A stretch of DNA of 64,000 bases from an uncultured beta proteobacterium (GTDB taxonomy: Bacteria; Pseudomonadota; Gammaproteobacteria; Burkholderiales; Burkholderiaceae_C). How positions within the stretch are numbered: position 1 is the stretch's first letter; every line of letters starts with the position of its first letter. Below the pieces are notes generated by a model. It saw nothing but the letters and a program-made list of their open reading frames with translations, was not told the DNA's origin and searched no databases. The stretch is taken from positions 31,763-95,762 of the forward strand of contig CAWIVI010000020.1 in NCBI GenBank assembly GCA_963839465.1, written 5' to 3'. Made by a program: the position numbers and the translations under genes. Below, piece after piece: positions 44,301 to 53,886 of the stretch.

Positions 44301-45610
44301 AGATCAGCGTCTTTGGCATGGGCTACGTGGGTGTCGTGGCGGCCGGTTGCCTGGCCGAGGACGGCCACGAGGTCGTCGGGGTCGACCCCAACCGCACCAA
44401 GGTCGACCTCGTCAATCGCGGCGTCACGCCCATCGTCGAGAAGGACATCGGCGAGATCGTCGAGCGCAACGTGAAGGCCGGGCGCCTGCGCGCCGGCCTC
44501 GATGTCGCCGCCGCAGTGCGCGAGACGGAGCTCTCCCTCATCTGCGTGGGCACGCCCAGCCAGCTCAACGGCGCGCTCGACCTGCGCTTCGTGCGCAAGG
44601 TCTGCGAGGAGATCGGCGCTGCGCTGCGCGGCAAGCCCGGCTTCCACGTCGTCGTGGCGCGCAGCACGATGCTGCCCGGCACCATGCGCGACACCGTCAT
44701 CCCCACGCTCGAGGAGCACTCCGGCAAGCGGGCGGGCGTCGATTTCGGCGTTTGCAACAACCCCGAGTTCCTGCGCGAAGGCAGCGCCGTGTGGGATTAC
44801 CGCCATCCGCCCAAGACCGTCATCGGCGAGACCGACACGCGCTCCGGCGACCTGCTCGCGTCGCTCTACGACAAGCTCGACGCGCCGCTCGTGCGCACCG
44901 GCATCGAGACGGCCGAGATGGTCAAGTACGTCGACAACGTCTGGCACGCGCTGAAGGTCGCGTTCGCCAACGAAATGGGCAATGTCTGCAAGCCGCTGGC
45001 GATCGACAGCCACGAGGTGATGGACATCTTCTGCAAGGACACCAAGCTCAACCTGTCGCCTTACTACCTCAAGCCCGGCTTCGCGTTCGGCGGCTCCTGC
45101 CTGCCGAAGGACGTGCGCGCGCTCACCTACAAGGCGCGCATGCTCGATCTCGACCTGCCGCTGCTCAACGCCATCCTGCCGAGCAACGAGCGCCAGATCG
45201 AGCGCGGCTGCGCGCTCATCACCGGCAAGGGCAAGCGGCGCATCGGCGTGCTCGGCTTCAGCTTCAAGGCCGGCACCGACGACCTGCGCGAGAGCCCGGT
45301 GGTCGAGGTCATCGAGCGCCTGATCGGCAAGGGCTACGACCTGCGCCTGTACGACCGCAACGTGAGCATCGCCGCGCTCACCGGCGCCAACCGCGACTAC
45401 ATCCTCAATCACATCCCGCACATCTCGCGCATCATGGTCCAGTCGATCGATGACGTGCTCGACCATGCCGAAGTGATCGTGGTCGGCAACGCCTCGGCCG
45501 AGTTCGACGGCCTGGCCGCACGCCTCAAGCCGGGCCAGAGCGTGGTCGACCTCGTGCGCATCAAGGGCGAGCGCCCCGACGCGGCCGCCTACGACGGCAT
45601 CTGCTGGTGA
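44297..45610 (+). CDS. GDP-mannose 6-dehydrogenase (AlgD-type)
   Basis: The reading frame is intact. An AGGAGG sits 10 nt upstream of the GTG. It is closely collinear with P. aeruginosa AlgD as I remember it: ISVFGMGYVG, ICVGTP, NPEFLREGSA, KPGFAFGGSCLPKDVRALTY, SFKAGTDDLRESP, and a C-terminal GICW. Confidence 0.85.
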   Translation: MKISVFGMGYVGVVAAGCLAEDGHEVVGVDPNRTKVDLVNRGVTPIVEKDIGEIVERNVKAGRLRAGLDVAAAVRETELSLICVGTPSQLNGALDLRFVRKVCEEIGAALRGKPGFHVVVARSTMLPGTMRDTVIPTLEEHSGKRAGVDFGVCNNPEFLREGSAVWDYRHPPKTVIGETDTRSGDLLASLYDKLDAPLVRTGIETAEMVKYVDNVWHALKVAFANEMGNVCKPLAIDSHEVMDIFCKDTKLNLSPYYLKPGFAFGGSCLPKDVRALTYKARMLDLDLPLLNAILPSNERQIERGCALITGKGKRRIGVLGFSFKAGTDDLRESPVVEVIERLIGKGYDLRLYDRNVSIAALTGANRDYILNHIPHISRIMVQSIDDVLDHAEVIVVGNASAEFDGLAARLKPGQSVVDLVRIKGERPDAAAYDGICW

Positions 45611-46827
45611 AGCGCCGCGTCCTCATCATCGTCGAGAACCTGCCGTCGCCGTTCGACCGCCGGGTCTGGCAGGAGGCCACCACGCTGCACGACGCAGGCT
45701 ACACGGTCGTCCATCATCTGCCCCACTGGCAAGGGCTGCGAGCAGCGCTACGAGCAGATCGACGGCATCCACATCTATCGCCACCCGCTGCCGCTCGAGG
45801 CCAGGGGCGCGCTCGGCTATGCGCTCGAGTACGCCACGGCGCTCTTCTGGGAGTTCGCGCTGGCGTTCCGGGTGCTGCGCCGCCACGGCTTCGACGTCAT
45901 CCACGCCTGCAACCCGCCCGACCTGATCTTCCTCGTCGGCGGGTTCTTCAAGCTGTTCTGCGCAAGCGGTTCATCTTCGACCACCACGACATCAATCCCG
46001 AGCTCTACGAAGCCAAGTTCAGCCGGCGAGACCTGTTCTACAAGCTCATGGTGCTGGTCGAGCGCCTGACGCTTCCGCACGGCCGACGTCTCCATCGCGA
46101 CCAACGAGTCGTACAAGCGCATCGCCGTCGAACGCGGCGGCATGGACCCGGAACGCGTGTTCGTCGTGCGCAGCGGCCCGAAGCTCGATCGCCTGCGCAT
46201 CGTGCCGCCGGTGCCGGAGCTCAAGCGCGGCCGCCGCTTCCTCGTCGGCTATGTCGGCGTGATGGGCAAGCAGGAGGGCATCGACTACCTGCTGCGCGCC
46301 GCGGCCCACATCGTGCACGACCTCGGCCGCCAGGACGTGCACTTCGGGCTCGTGGGCGCCGGCACCTCGCTCGACGAGATGAAGGCCTATGCGCGCGAGC
46401 TCGGACGTGGACGACTACGTCACGTTCACCGGCCGCGTGCCCGACGCCGAGCTGCTCGCGATGCTGAACACCGCCGACGTCTGCGTGAACCCCGACGTGG
46501 CGAACGAGATGAACGACAAGTCCACCATGAACAAGATCATGGAGTACATGGCGCTCGGCAAGCCGATCGTCCAGTTCGATCTCACCGAAGGCCGCTATCT
46601 CGGCGCAGGAGGCCTCGCTGTACGCGGCACGCAACGACGAGCGCGACCTCGGCCGCAAGATCGTCGAGCTGCTCGACGATCCCGAGCGCCGCCGCCGCAT
46701 GGGCGAGTTCGGCCGTGCGCGCGTGCTCGGCCAGCTCGAATGGCGCTACGAGGCGCCCAAGCTGCTCCAGGCCTACGAGGTCGCGTTCGGCGAGCGCGCC
46801 GGCGCTCCCGAGCTCGAGTCGCACTGA
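45607..46827 (+). CDS. glycosyltransferase family 4; about five apparent frameshifts
   Basis: It shows VLIIVENLPSPFDRRVWQEA, HACNPPD, FIFDHHDINPELYEAKF, SIATNESYKRIA, YVGVMGKQEGIDYL, NPDVANEMNDKSTMNKIMEYMALGKPIV and LEWRYEAPKLL. The shifts are near 45718, 45960, 46072, 46402 and 46597. The GTG start overlaps the preceding stop. Confidence 0.75.
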
Positions 46828-46837
46828 CGCGCCCGCC

Positions 46838-47794
46838 ATGACGCTCCCAGTCGCTGCCCCAGGATCCAGCCCGGCCCCCATCACGGTGGCCGTGTGCACC
46901 CACAACCGCGCACGCTACCTGGAGCAGGCGCTGCAAAGCCTGTGGCGCCAGACAGCGCCCTCCTCGGCGTTCGAGGTCCTGGTCGTCGACAACGCGTCCA
47001 CTGACGACACGCCCGGCGTGGTCGAGCGCGCACGCGCAGCCCGGCCGGACATCCGCTACGTGCGCGAAGACAAGCTCGGCCTGTCGAACGCGCGCAACCG
47101 CGCCATCGCCGAGACGCATACCCCGTTCATCGCCTTCCTCGACGACGACGCCATCGCCGCGCCGCCGTGGGTCGAGCGCCTGGTCCACTGCTTCACCGCG
47201 CTGTCGCCGCTCCCTGCGGCCGTGGGCGGGCCGATCCATCCCATCTGGGAAGCGCCGCGGCCTCCCTGGCTGCCCGACAGCCTGCTCGGCTACCTCACGG
47301 TGCTCGAGCGCCGCGGCTCGTCGCATCTCGACCTGAGCAAGCAGCTCATCTTCGGCGCCAACATGGCCTTCGACCGCCGGGCCCTCGTCGACGTCGGCGG
47401 CTTCAGCACCGCGCTCGGACGCATCGGCGACCGCCTCCTCAGCGGCGAGGAAATGCTCCTGCTGCGCCAACTCCATGCGCGCGGCGCCTGCGGCTACTAC
47501 GACGAGCAGGCCTCGGTGCGCCATCACGTGGCCGCCGCCCGGCTCACGAAGGAGTGGTTCTACCGGCGCATCTACTGGGACGGCATGTCCACCGCCCTCA
47601 TCAACATCGAGCTGCAGCGCCTGCATGGGATGCGCCGCGTCGCCACGGCACTGCGCGACCTGCGCAGCCACATCGTTCGCGGACGCCTCTGGCAGATGCT
47701 GCCCGGGGTCGGTGACCAGAGCAGCCGGTTCGGCGCCCGCTGCCGCACGCTCGCGGCCCTGTGCCGCACGTTGGGCTACCTGCGCGCCGAATGA
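46838..47794 (+). CDS. glycosyltransferase family 2
   Basis: Intact. It shows ITVAVCTHNRARYLEQALQS, VVDNASTDDT and FLDDDA (DXD). Confidence 0.8.
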   Translation: MTLPVAAPGSSPAPITVAVCTHNRARYLEQALQSLWRQTAPSSAFEVLVVDNASTDDTPGVVERARAARPDIRYVREDKLGLSNARNRAIAETHTPFIAFLDDDAIAAPPWVERLVHCFTALSPLPAAVGGPIHPIWEAPRPPWLPDSLLGYLTVLERRGSSHLDLSKQLIFGANMAFDRRALVDVGGFSTALGRIGDRLLSGEEMLLLRQLHARGACGYYDEQASVRHHVAAARLTKEWFYRRIYWDGMSTALINIELQRLHGMRRVATALRDLRSHIVRGRLWQMLPGVGDQSSRFGARCRTLAALCRTLGYLRAE

Positions 47795-48664
47795 ACACAC
47801 CTCTCGTCTCCGTCTACGTCCCGACCAAGGATCGCTGCGCGCTGCTTCAACGCGCCGTGAACTCCGTGCTCGGCGCAGACGCATCGCGAGTTCGAGCTCA
47901 TCGTCGTCAACGACGGCTCCTCCGACGGCACCGCCGCCTACCTCGACGCGCTCGCGGCCGATGACCCGCGCGTGCGCGTCTTCCACTGCGCCAAGCCCTC
48001 GGGCGCGCCGCACGCGCGCAACCTGGCCATCCGGGCCGCACAGGGCGAATGGGTCACCGGCCTGGACGACGACGACGAGTTCATGCCGGAACGCCTGGCC
48101 GCGCTGGTCGCCATCGCCGCCGCCTTCGAGTCCGGCGGCGTGCCGTTCTCGGGCCTCTACACGCAGGATGAAGTCGTCCGCCCGACGCGGACCTCGGCCA
48201 CGCGCAAGCCCTGCTGCGCCACGCTGGAGGCCCTGTTCATGCAGAACTGCATCGGCAACCAGGTCTTCATGCGCCGCAGCGTCGCGGTCGACTTCGGCCT
48301 CTACGACGAACGCCTGCCGGCCTGGCAGGATCTCGACTTCAACATGCGCCTGGTCGACCGCCACGGCCCGGCCCGCCTGGTCGACCGCGCGCTGTACCGT
48401 CTCTACCACGACGACCGCACCGATCGCCTGTCGCGCCAGCGCAAGCCGGCCATCCTGGAGGCGTTCCGGCTCGTCTCGGGCAAGTGGCCGGCTGCGTCGG
48501 CGCGGCAGAAGCAGCAGCTGTATCTGCAGGTCCTGAGCGCCCATTACGGCTTCCCGATCGAGCCGGCCGACATCGCCCGCTACGTGTCTTATGGCGTCGG
48601 CCCCGGCGCCATGGCGCGCCTCGTGCGCCGGTGCACCGAGCGGCTGCAGCGCCGCAAGGCCTGA
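47791..48664 (+). CDS. glycosyltransferase family 2; one apparent frameshift near 47872
   Basis: It shows VSVYVPTKDRCALLQRAVNSV, IVVNDGSSDGT and GLDDDDEF (DXD). The ATG overlaps the preceding stop (ATGA). Confidence 0.78.
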
Positions 48665-48668
48665 CGGC

Positions 48669-50108
48669 ATGGCCACCGTCAGCCCGCCCTTGCCCATGCA
48701 CGACGACGACCGGCCCCCGGCATCGCTGCGCGAACGGGTGTTCAGCGGCATGGCCTGGTCGCTGCTCCAGACCTTCGGCTCACGCGGCCTCAGCATCATC
48801 ATCATGCTGGTGCTGGCCCGCGTGCTGGGCCCGAGCGCGTTCGGCATCGTCACGATCGCATTCGTCATCCTCGGCGCGCTCACGAGCCTGGTCGACCTCG
48901 GCGTGGGCGACATCCTCGTGCGCCGCCTGCCGCAGGACCAGACCGACTACGACTCCGCGTTCTGGGTCGTGCTCGCGTTCTCGCTCATGCTGGCCGGCGC
49001 CACTGTCGCCGCCGCGGGCATGCTCGCCGACATGCTCGAGCAGCCGCTGCTGCCGCCGCTCCTGTGGATCCTCGCCGCGACGCTGCCGCTGGCGGCGCTC
49101 GAGCTCATCCAGGGCGCGCGCATGCGCGCCGAGATGAAGTTCAAGCCGCTTGCCCTGCGCACCCTGTCCGCCACCGCGGTCGGCGGCATCGTCGGCATCG
49201 GCATGGCGTTCGGCGGAGCGGGCTATTGGAGCCTGCTTGCCAAGGGCCTCGTCGAATCCGCCGTTTCGGTCCTGCTGATGTGGAAGAGCTGCAGCTACCG
49301 CCCTGGACGCCAGTTCTCGTGGGCCCGCTGGCGCGAGCTGTTCGCAAGTGCCAAGCACCTGCTGGGCGGCCGCCTGCTCGACATCGTGAACCAGCGCTTC
49401 GATGCCTTCGTCGTTGGTGCCCGCCTCGGCCCGACGGCGCTCGGCCTGTATGCCGCCAGCCAGCGCCTCTACAACACGTCGATGGAAACCTTGTTCGCGA
49501 CCGTCAACCGCGTGACGCTTGCCGGCCTTCGCGCAGATGCGCGGGGACGCCGAGCGCACGCAGCACTCGCTCCTGCGCCTCGTCGGCGTCACATCCTTCT
49601 TCACGTTCCCGATCTTCGCCGCGCTCGGCATCCTGGCCGAGCCGCTGATCGTCACGATGCTCGGCGCCGCGTGGGGCGGTGCGGCCCCCGTGCTCAGCGC
49701 GCTCTGCCTGGGCGGCATCCTGTTCTCGGTCAGCCACTTCAATGCACCGCTGCTCAGCGCCACCGGCCGTACCGAGCTGCTGTTCCGGCTGATGCTGGCC
49801 AATGCCACGCTCATCGTGGCCGCAGTCAGCCTCGGGTCGCTGTGGGGCATCGTCGGCGTTGCGCTCGGGTTTGCGCTGCGCGGCTACCTTTGCTTCCGCT
49901 CAGCCTGGCCTACCTGAGGCGTGCCATCGGCCTGCCGCCGCGGCGCTGGCTCGCCACCATTGCCCCACCGCTGCTGGCGACCGCCGTGTCAGCGGTGCTC
50001 CTGGCCACTGCGCAGTGGCTGCTCCTGCCCCATCTCGCCACGCCATGGCGCGTGCTCCTGCTGGCGCTGCTGTTCCCGCTCCTCCATGCTCGGCGGCCCT
50101 GCTTCTGA
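48669..50108 (+). CDS. wzx: polysaccharide/oligosaccharide flippase (Wzx, PST family); at least two apparent frameshifts near 49520 and 49895, 3' end uncertain
   Basis: Multiple TM segments follow the opening GMAWSLLQTFGSRGLSIIIMLVLARVLGPSAFG and RLYNTSMETLFATVNRV, typical of Wzx/RfbX-like flippases. The C-terminus could extend to about 50233 in another frame. Confidence 0.7.
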   Translation: MATVSPPLPMHDDDRPPASLRERVFSGMAWSLLQTFGSRGLSIIIMLVLARVLGPSAFGIVTIAFVILGALTSLVDLGVGDILVRRLPQDQTDYDSAFWVVLAFSLMLAGATVAAAGMLADMLEQPLLPPLLWILAATLPLAALELIQGARMRAEMKFKPLALRTLSATAVGGIVGIGMAFGGAGYWSLLAKGLVESAVSVLLMWKSCSYRPGRQFSWARWRELFASAKHLLGGRLLDIVNQRFDAFVVGARLGPTALGLYAASQRLYNTSMETLFATVNRVTLAGLRADARGRRAHAALAPAPRRRHILLHVPDLRRARHPGRAADRHDARRRVGRCGPRAQRALPGRHPVLGQPLQCTAAQRHRPYRAAVPADAGQCHAHRGRSQPRVAVGHRRRCARVCAARLPLLPLSLAYLRRAIGLPPRRWLATIAPPLLATAVSAVLLATAQWLLLPHLATPWRVLLLALLFPLLHARRPCF

Positions 50109-50240
50109 TTCCCGGCCGCGTCGCACTGGTGCTCGACGAGCTCGCCTTCGTGCGACCTGTCCTCGGCGCGGGCCGCCGAAGCCGTACGCCGCTGGCAAGC
50201 CCTCCTCCGGCGCCACTGAACCTCTCATCCTGAACCGACC

Positions 50241-52208
50241 ATGTGTGGAATCGTAGGGCGACTCAGGCTGGACGACCGCGCCGAGCCAATGGCCGACGGC
50301 GGTGCCGAACGCGCGCTCGCGCAGTTGGCGCATCGCGGCCCCGATGGCAGCGGTCACTGGACATCCGGCGACCAACGCTGCTGGCTCGGCCACACGCGGC
50401 TGGCCATCATCGACCTCGCCCAGGGCGCCCAGCCCATGGTCACCGAGGATGCAGCGCTCGCCATTTCCTTCAACGGCGAAATCTACAACTACCGCGAGCT
50501 GCGGGCGACGCTCGAGCGCGAAGGCCATGCGTTTCACACCCAGAGCGACACCGAGGTCATCCTCACCGGCTACCGCGCCTGGGGCGGCCGCCTGCTCGTG
50601 ACCCGCCTCAGCGGCCTGTTCGCATTCGCCGATCTACGACACTCGCCACCGCACGCTGTTCCTTGCCCGCGACCATGCCGGCGTGAAGCCGCTGTATCTG
50701 GTGGAGCGACGGCCGGGAGCTGGTGTTCGCGAGCGAGATGAAGGCGCTGCTCGCCTTTCCGGCCGTCCGGCGCACGCTGAGAGTCGATGCGCCGGCCATC
50801 GCCCAGGTCATCGTCACGCGCACAGTCTCGCGCCCGCGCACGCTGTTCGAAGGCATGCGCCGGTTACCCGAGGGCAGCACGCTCACCATCACTGCAGGGC
50901 AGGCCGGGGCCGCGCCGGAGCGCTACTGGGATCTGCCGTACACCCCGCGGCCGATGAGCGAAGCCCAGGCCGTCGACGAGCTCGAGCGCAGGCTGGCCGC
51001 CGTGGTGGAACAGCAACTCGTGGCAGACGTTCCGGTCGGCGTGCAGCTCTCCGGCGGCGTCGATTCGAGCCTTGTCGCAGCGCTGATGGATCGCGTACGC
51101 CGGGAGCGCGGCGATGTCGATCCGGTCAAGAGCTTTTCGATCGGCTTCGACATCGCCGAATACAGCGAGCTTTCGTTCGCGCGGCAGGTCGCTACCCGCT
51201 ACCGCACCGAGCACCATGAGATCGAGATCGGCGCCGACGACTTCATCGCCGATTTCGCACAACTGTGCTGGTTCCACGACGAGCCCATGGGCGAACCCTC
51301 CGCGATCCCGACCTACTACATGTGCCGGGAGGCGAAGCAGCACGTCACCGTCATGCTTTGCGGGGAGGGTGCCGACGAACGGTTCGGCGGCTACTCCAAA
51401 TACACGTTCGAGTCCTGGGCCGCGCGCTTAGGCTGGTTGCCTGCCACACTGCGCGAGCAGGCACTGCGCCGCTTGGCTTCGGCCATGCCATTTCGCGCGC
51501 GGCGAGCGCGCAGCATCCTGGAGATCGCTGCCATCCCATCGCAATCTCGCCGTTTCGCGTCGTGGTTCGGCTGCTTCGACACGCATCACGCGAGCGGCGT
51601 CCTCAGCGACGACTACTTCGCCCGCCATGGCGACGGCGGCCTCGAACGTGCCTACGACGACATCCTGCGCGATTGCCGCGCCGAAGACACGCTCGAGCGC
51701 TTCGCATACTGCGACGGTCATGCCCGTCTCGTCGACGACATCCTCGTGAAAGGCGACCGCATGAGCATGGCCGCCGGCATCGAGGCCCGCGTGCCGTTCC
51801 TCGACCCATCGCTGGCCGAGTTCGCCGGCAGCGTCCCGGCCGGGCCTGAAGATCAAGGGCCGCGAGCGCAAGCACGTTCTCAAGCAGGTGGCCGCCAGGT
51901 ACCTGCCGGACAACGTCATCCATCGTCGCAAGGTGGGCTTCACCGTCCCGCTGACACGCTGGTTCACCGGCGCCCTGGCGCCGATGGTGCGCGGCCTGCT
52001 GCTGTCCGAACGAGCACTGGCCAGGGGCTACTTCGATCCCGACCGCATGCGCCAGACCATCGAAGGCCACCTGGCGCATCGCGTCGACCGTGAACAGGCG
52101 CTGTGGATCCTCGTCGCCCTCGAGATCTGGCATCGCCTTTTCGTCGATGACGACGGCTCACGGGACGCCATCGGGCGCGTGGCAGCTCAGATGGAGGCGC
52201 TTTCATGA
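50241..52208 (+). CDS. asparagine synthase (glutamine-hydrolysing)-like amidotransferase; three apparent frameshifts near 50630, 50715 and 51845
   Basis: The Ntn start is MCGIVG, followed by FNGEIYNY and TQSDTEVIL. The PP-loop is QLSGGVDSS, followed by GEGADERFGGY and KGDRMSMAAGIEARVPFLD. Confidence 0.88.
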
Positions 52209-53358
52209 GACCGGATGCGGGCCCGGAGCCGGATGCGCGAGGCTTGCCGCCGGTGTACCTGTGCGGCCCCATCGCACGAGCGGGCGAAGCCGCTCGCGGT
52301 GGCTACCAGGCCTGCAACCGACGCACGCTGGATGCGTTGCGCGAGGCCGGCGCGGACATGCGCCCGCTGCCATTCCCGCACCCACGCGCGAAGGGGCTGA
52401 GCAAGATGGCCCAGTACGCGTTCGGCTTCCTCGCGCTGTACGGCCGGGTGCTGAAGTGCCCGCGCGGATCGATCCTGCACCTGACGGCCCTGTCGGTGCA
52501 CTTCATCTACCTCGAATGGGTCATCGTGCGCCTGGCGCGGCTGCGCGGCTGTCGCGTGCTGTTCGACCTGCGCGCCGGCGCAGGCCTTATGAATTACTGA
52601 GGAGCGCACCGCCATCTATCGCCGTGCGTTCGACGCGACGGCCCGCGCGGCCGACCTGTGCCTGGTGGAGGGCGAGGAGCTCGTTCCGTTCGTGCTCCGC
52701 AGCAGCCGACGGCCGACTCACCACTTTCCGAACCACCTGGACACGACGTCCATCGCGCCACGTCGCGACGGCGATCTCCTGCCTCTCGCACCGACCGTCG
52801 CCTACGCCGGCCGCATCGTGCCCGAGAAGGGGGTCGAGACCTTGTTGGAGGCCTGCCGCGCACTGGCCGCCACAGGGCCTGCTCCGCTGGTCCGGATTGC
52901 GGGCGACGGACACCCGGCCTACCTGGCACAGCTCCGTGACCGGTTCTCGGATCTGCCCGTCCAGTGGCTCGGTCCATCTGCAGAGTTCAGACGTGCTGGA
53001 TCTGCTCCGACATGCGCACTTCTTCATGTTTCCCACTCGCCATTTCGGGGAGGGTCAGTCGAACGCCCTCACCGAGGCGATGGCATGCGGCTGTGTGTGC
53101 ATCGTTTCCCGGCACGGATTCAACGCGTCTGTGGTTGGCGCGGCCGGCGTGGTGCTCCAGGTCGACGCCACCCCTCAGCAATACGCCGAGCAGCTAACTG
53201 AGGTGTGGAGCACTCCAGACCGCTGGCGCATGCTGTCCGAGGCAGGTCGCCGGCGGGCCGCGGCACGATTTTCCACGCGCCCCGTCATCGCTCGCCTCAT
53301 CGAGCACTACCGGACGATCGCCGACGGCAACCGCGCAGAGCATTCAACGGTTTTGTAG
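52205..53358 (+). CDS. glycosyltransferase (GT-B, family 4-like); two apparent frameshifts near 52598 and 52975
   Basis: The C-terminal half shows YAGRIVPEKGVETLL and FMFPTRHFGEGQSNALTEAMACGCVCIV (EX7E region). The ATG overlaps the preceding stop (ATGA). Confidence 0.7.
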
Positions 53359-53886
53359 CTCGATGTACAGCTGACAATTTTGGTCGCAGCCCGGTTCGGA
53401 CTGCCGCCCGAATCGCCGTAGGCAGCCACTGACGGCGCATCGAAAGCAGCAACTGTCAGTCGATGCCTACACGATCGGCCGCGCTCGGTAAACCTTGCCG
53501 TAACGCGTTGATATCCTTGCTTACCGGGCAACAACTGGACATTCCGGCTTCACCCACCAGAATGACTTCACCGGCGCATAACGCTCAGACAACAGTCTGA
53601 CAACGTCGGATTGCAGCCAGCGGCAAACCACGTGCCCACGTCACACCGACCCTGTCGGTCTGTTAGTCGCTAAAAGCTCGCAGCAAGGGGCCGCATCTTT
53701 CGACGCTTACGGGCGTTGGCTGTCTAGCGGCTTGGTCGGAGGGATCGCGTTTCACGTCATGACGCTGCTCGCCTTGCGCGGCGCGGCCAGGATGTGTTCG
53801 TCCCTGGCGATCACCCATTTCCATCGACGAGTCCGTCCGGCGGTGCGCCAGCGGGTGGGCCTCAAAAGCGTTAACGAGAAAGCCAA

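Noticed and set aside
42677-45466. A very long antisense ORF (929 aa), with similar ones at 33946..36816 (956 aa), 46595..48913 (772 aa), 26024..28225 (733 aa), 19363..21540 (725 aa) and 8233..9852 (539 aa).
   Set aside because: Each lies exactly opposite genes with strong family motifs (AlgD-type dehydrogenase, galE/acyltransferase, GT2s, aspS, the kinase, hutH). Their translations are Arg/Ala/Gly/His/Asp-rich low-complexity strings with no recognisable motifs. This is the usual shadow-ORF artefact of stop-poor, GC-rich DNA.
36773-45610. Interpreting manC plus AlgD-type dehydrogenase plus a lyase-like gene as an alginate biosynthesis cluster.
   Set aside because: No alg8, alg44, algK, algE, algG, algX, algL or algIJF-like genes are visible. 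Instead there are a priming phosphotransferase, a Wzx flippase and many GT2/GT4 enzymes, which indicates a repeat-unit heteropolysaccharide.
50241-52208. A PEP-CTERM/exosortase-type EPS system, suggested by the AsnB-like amidotransferase, the EpsB-type priming transferase and the EpsL-like barrel.
   Set aside because: I could find no exosortase (EpsH-like multi-TM protein), PrsK/PrsR regulators or PEP-CTERM sorting motif in any frame of the window. None of the secreted paralogs ends in a PEP-CTERM tail.
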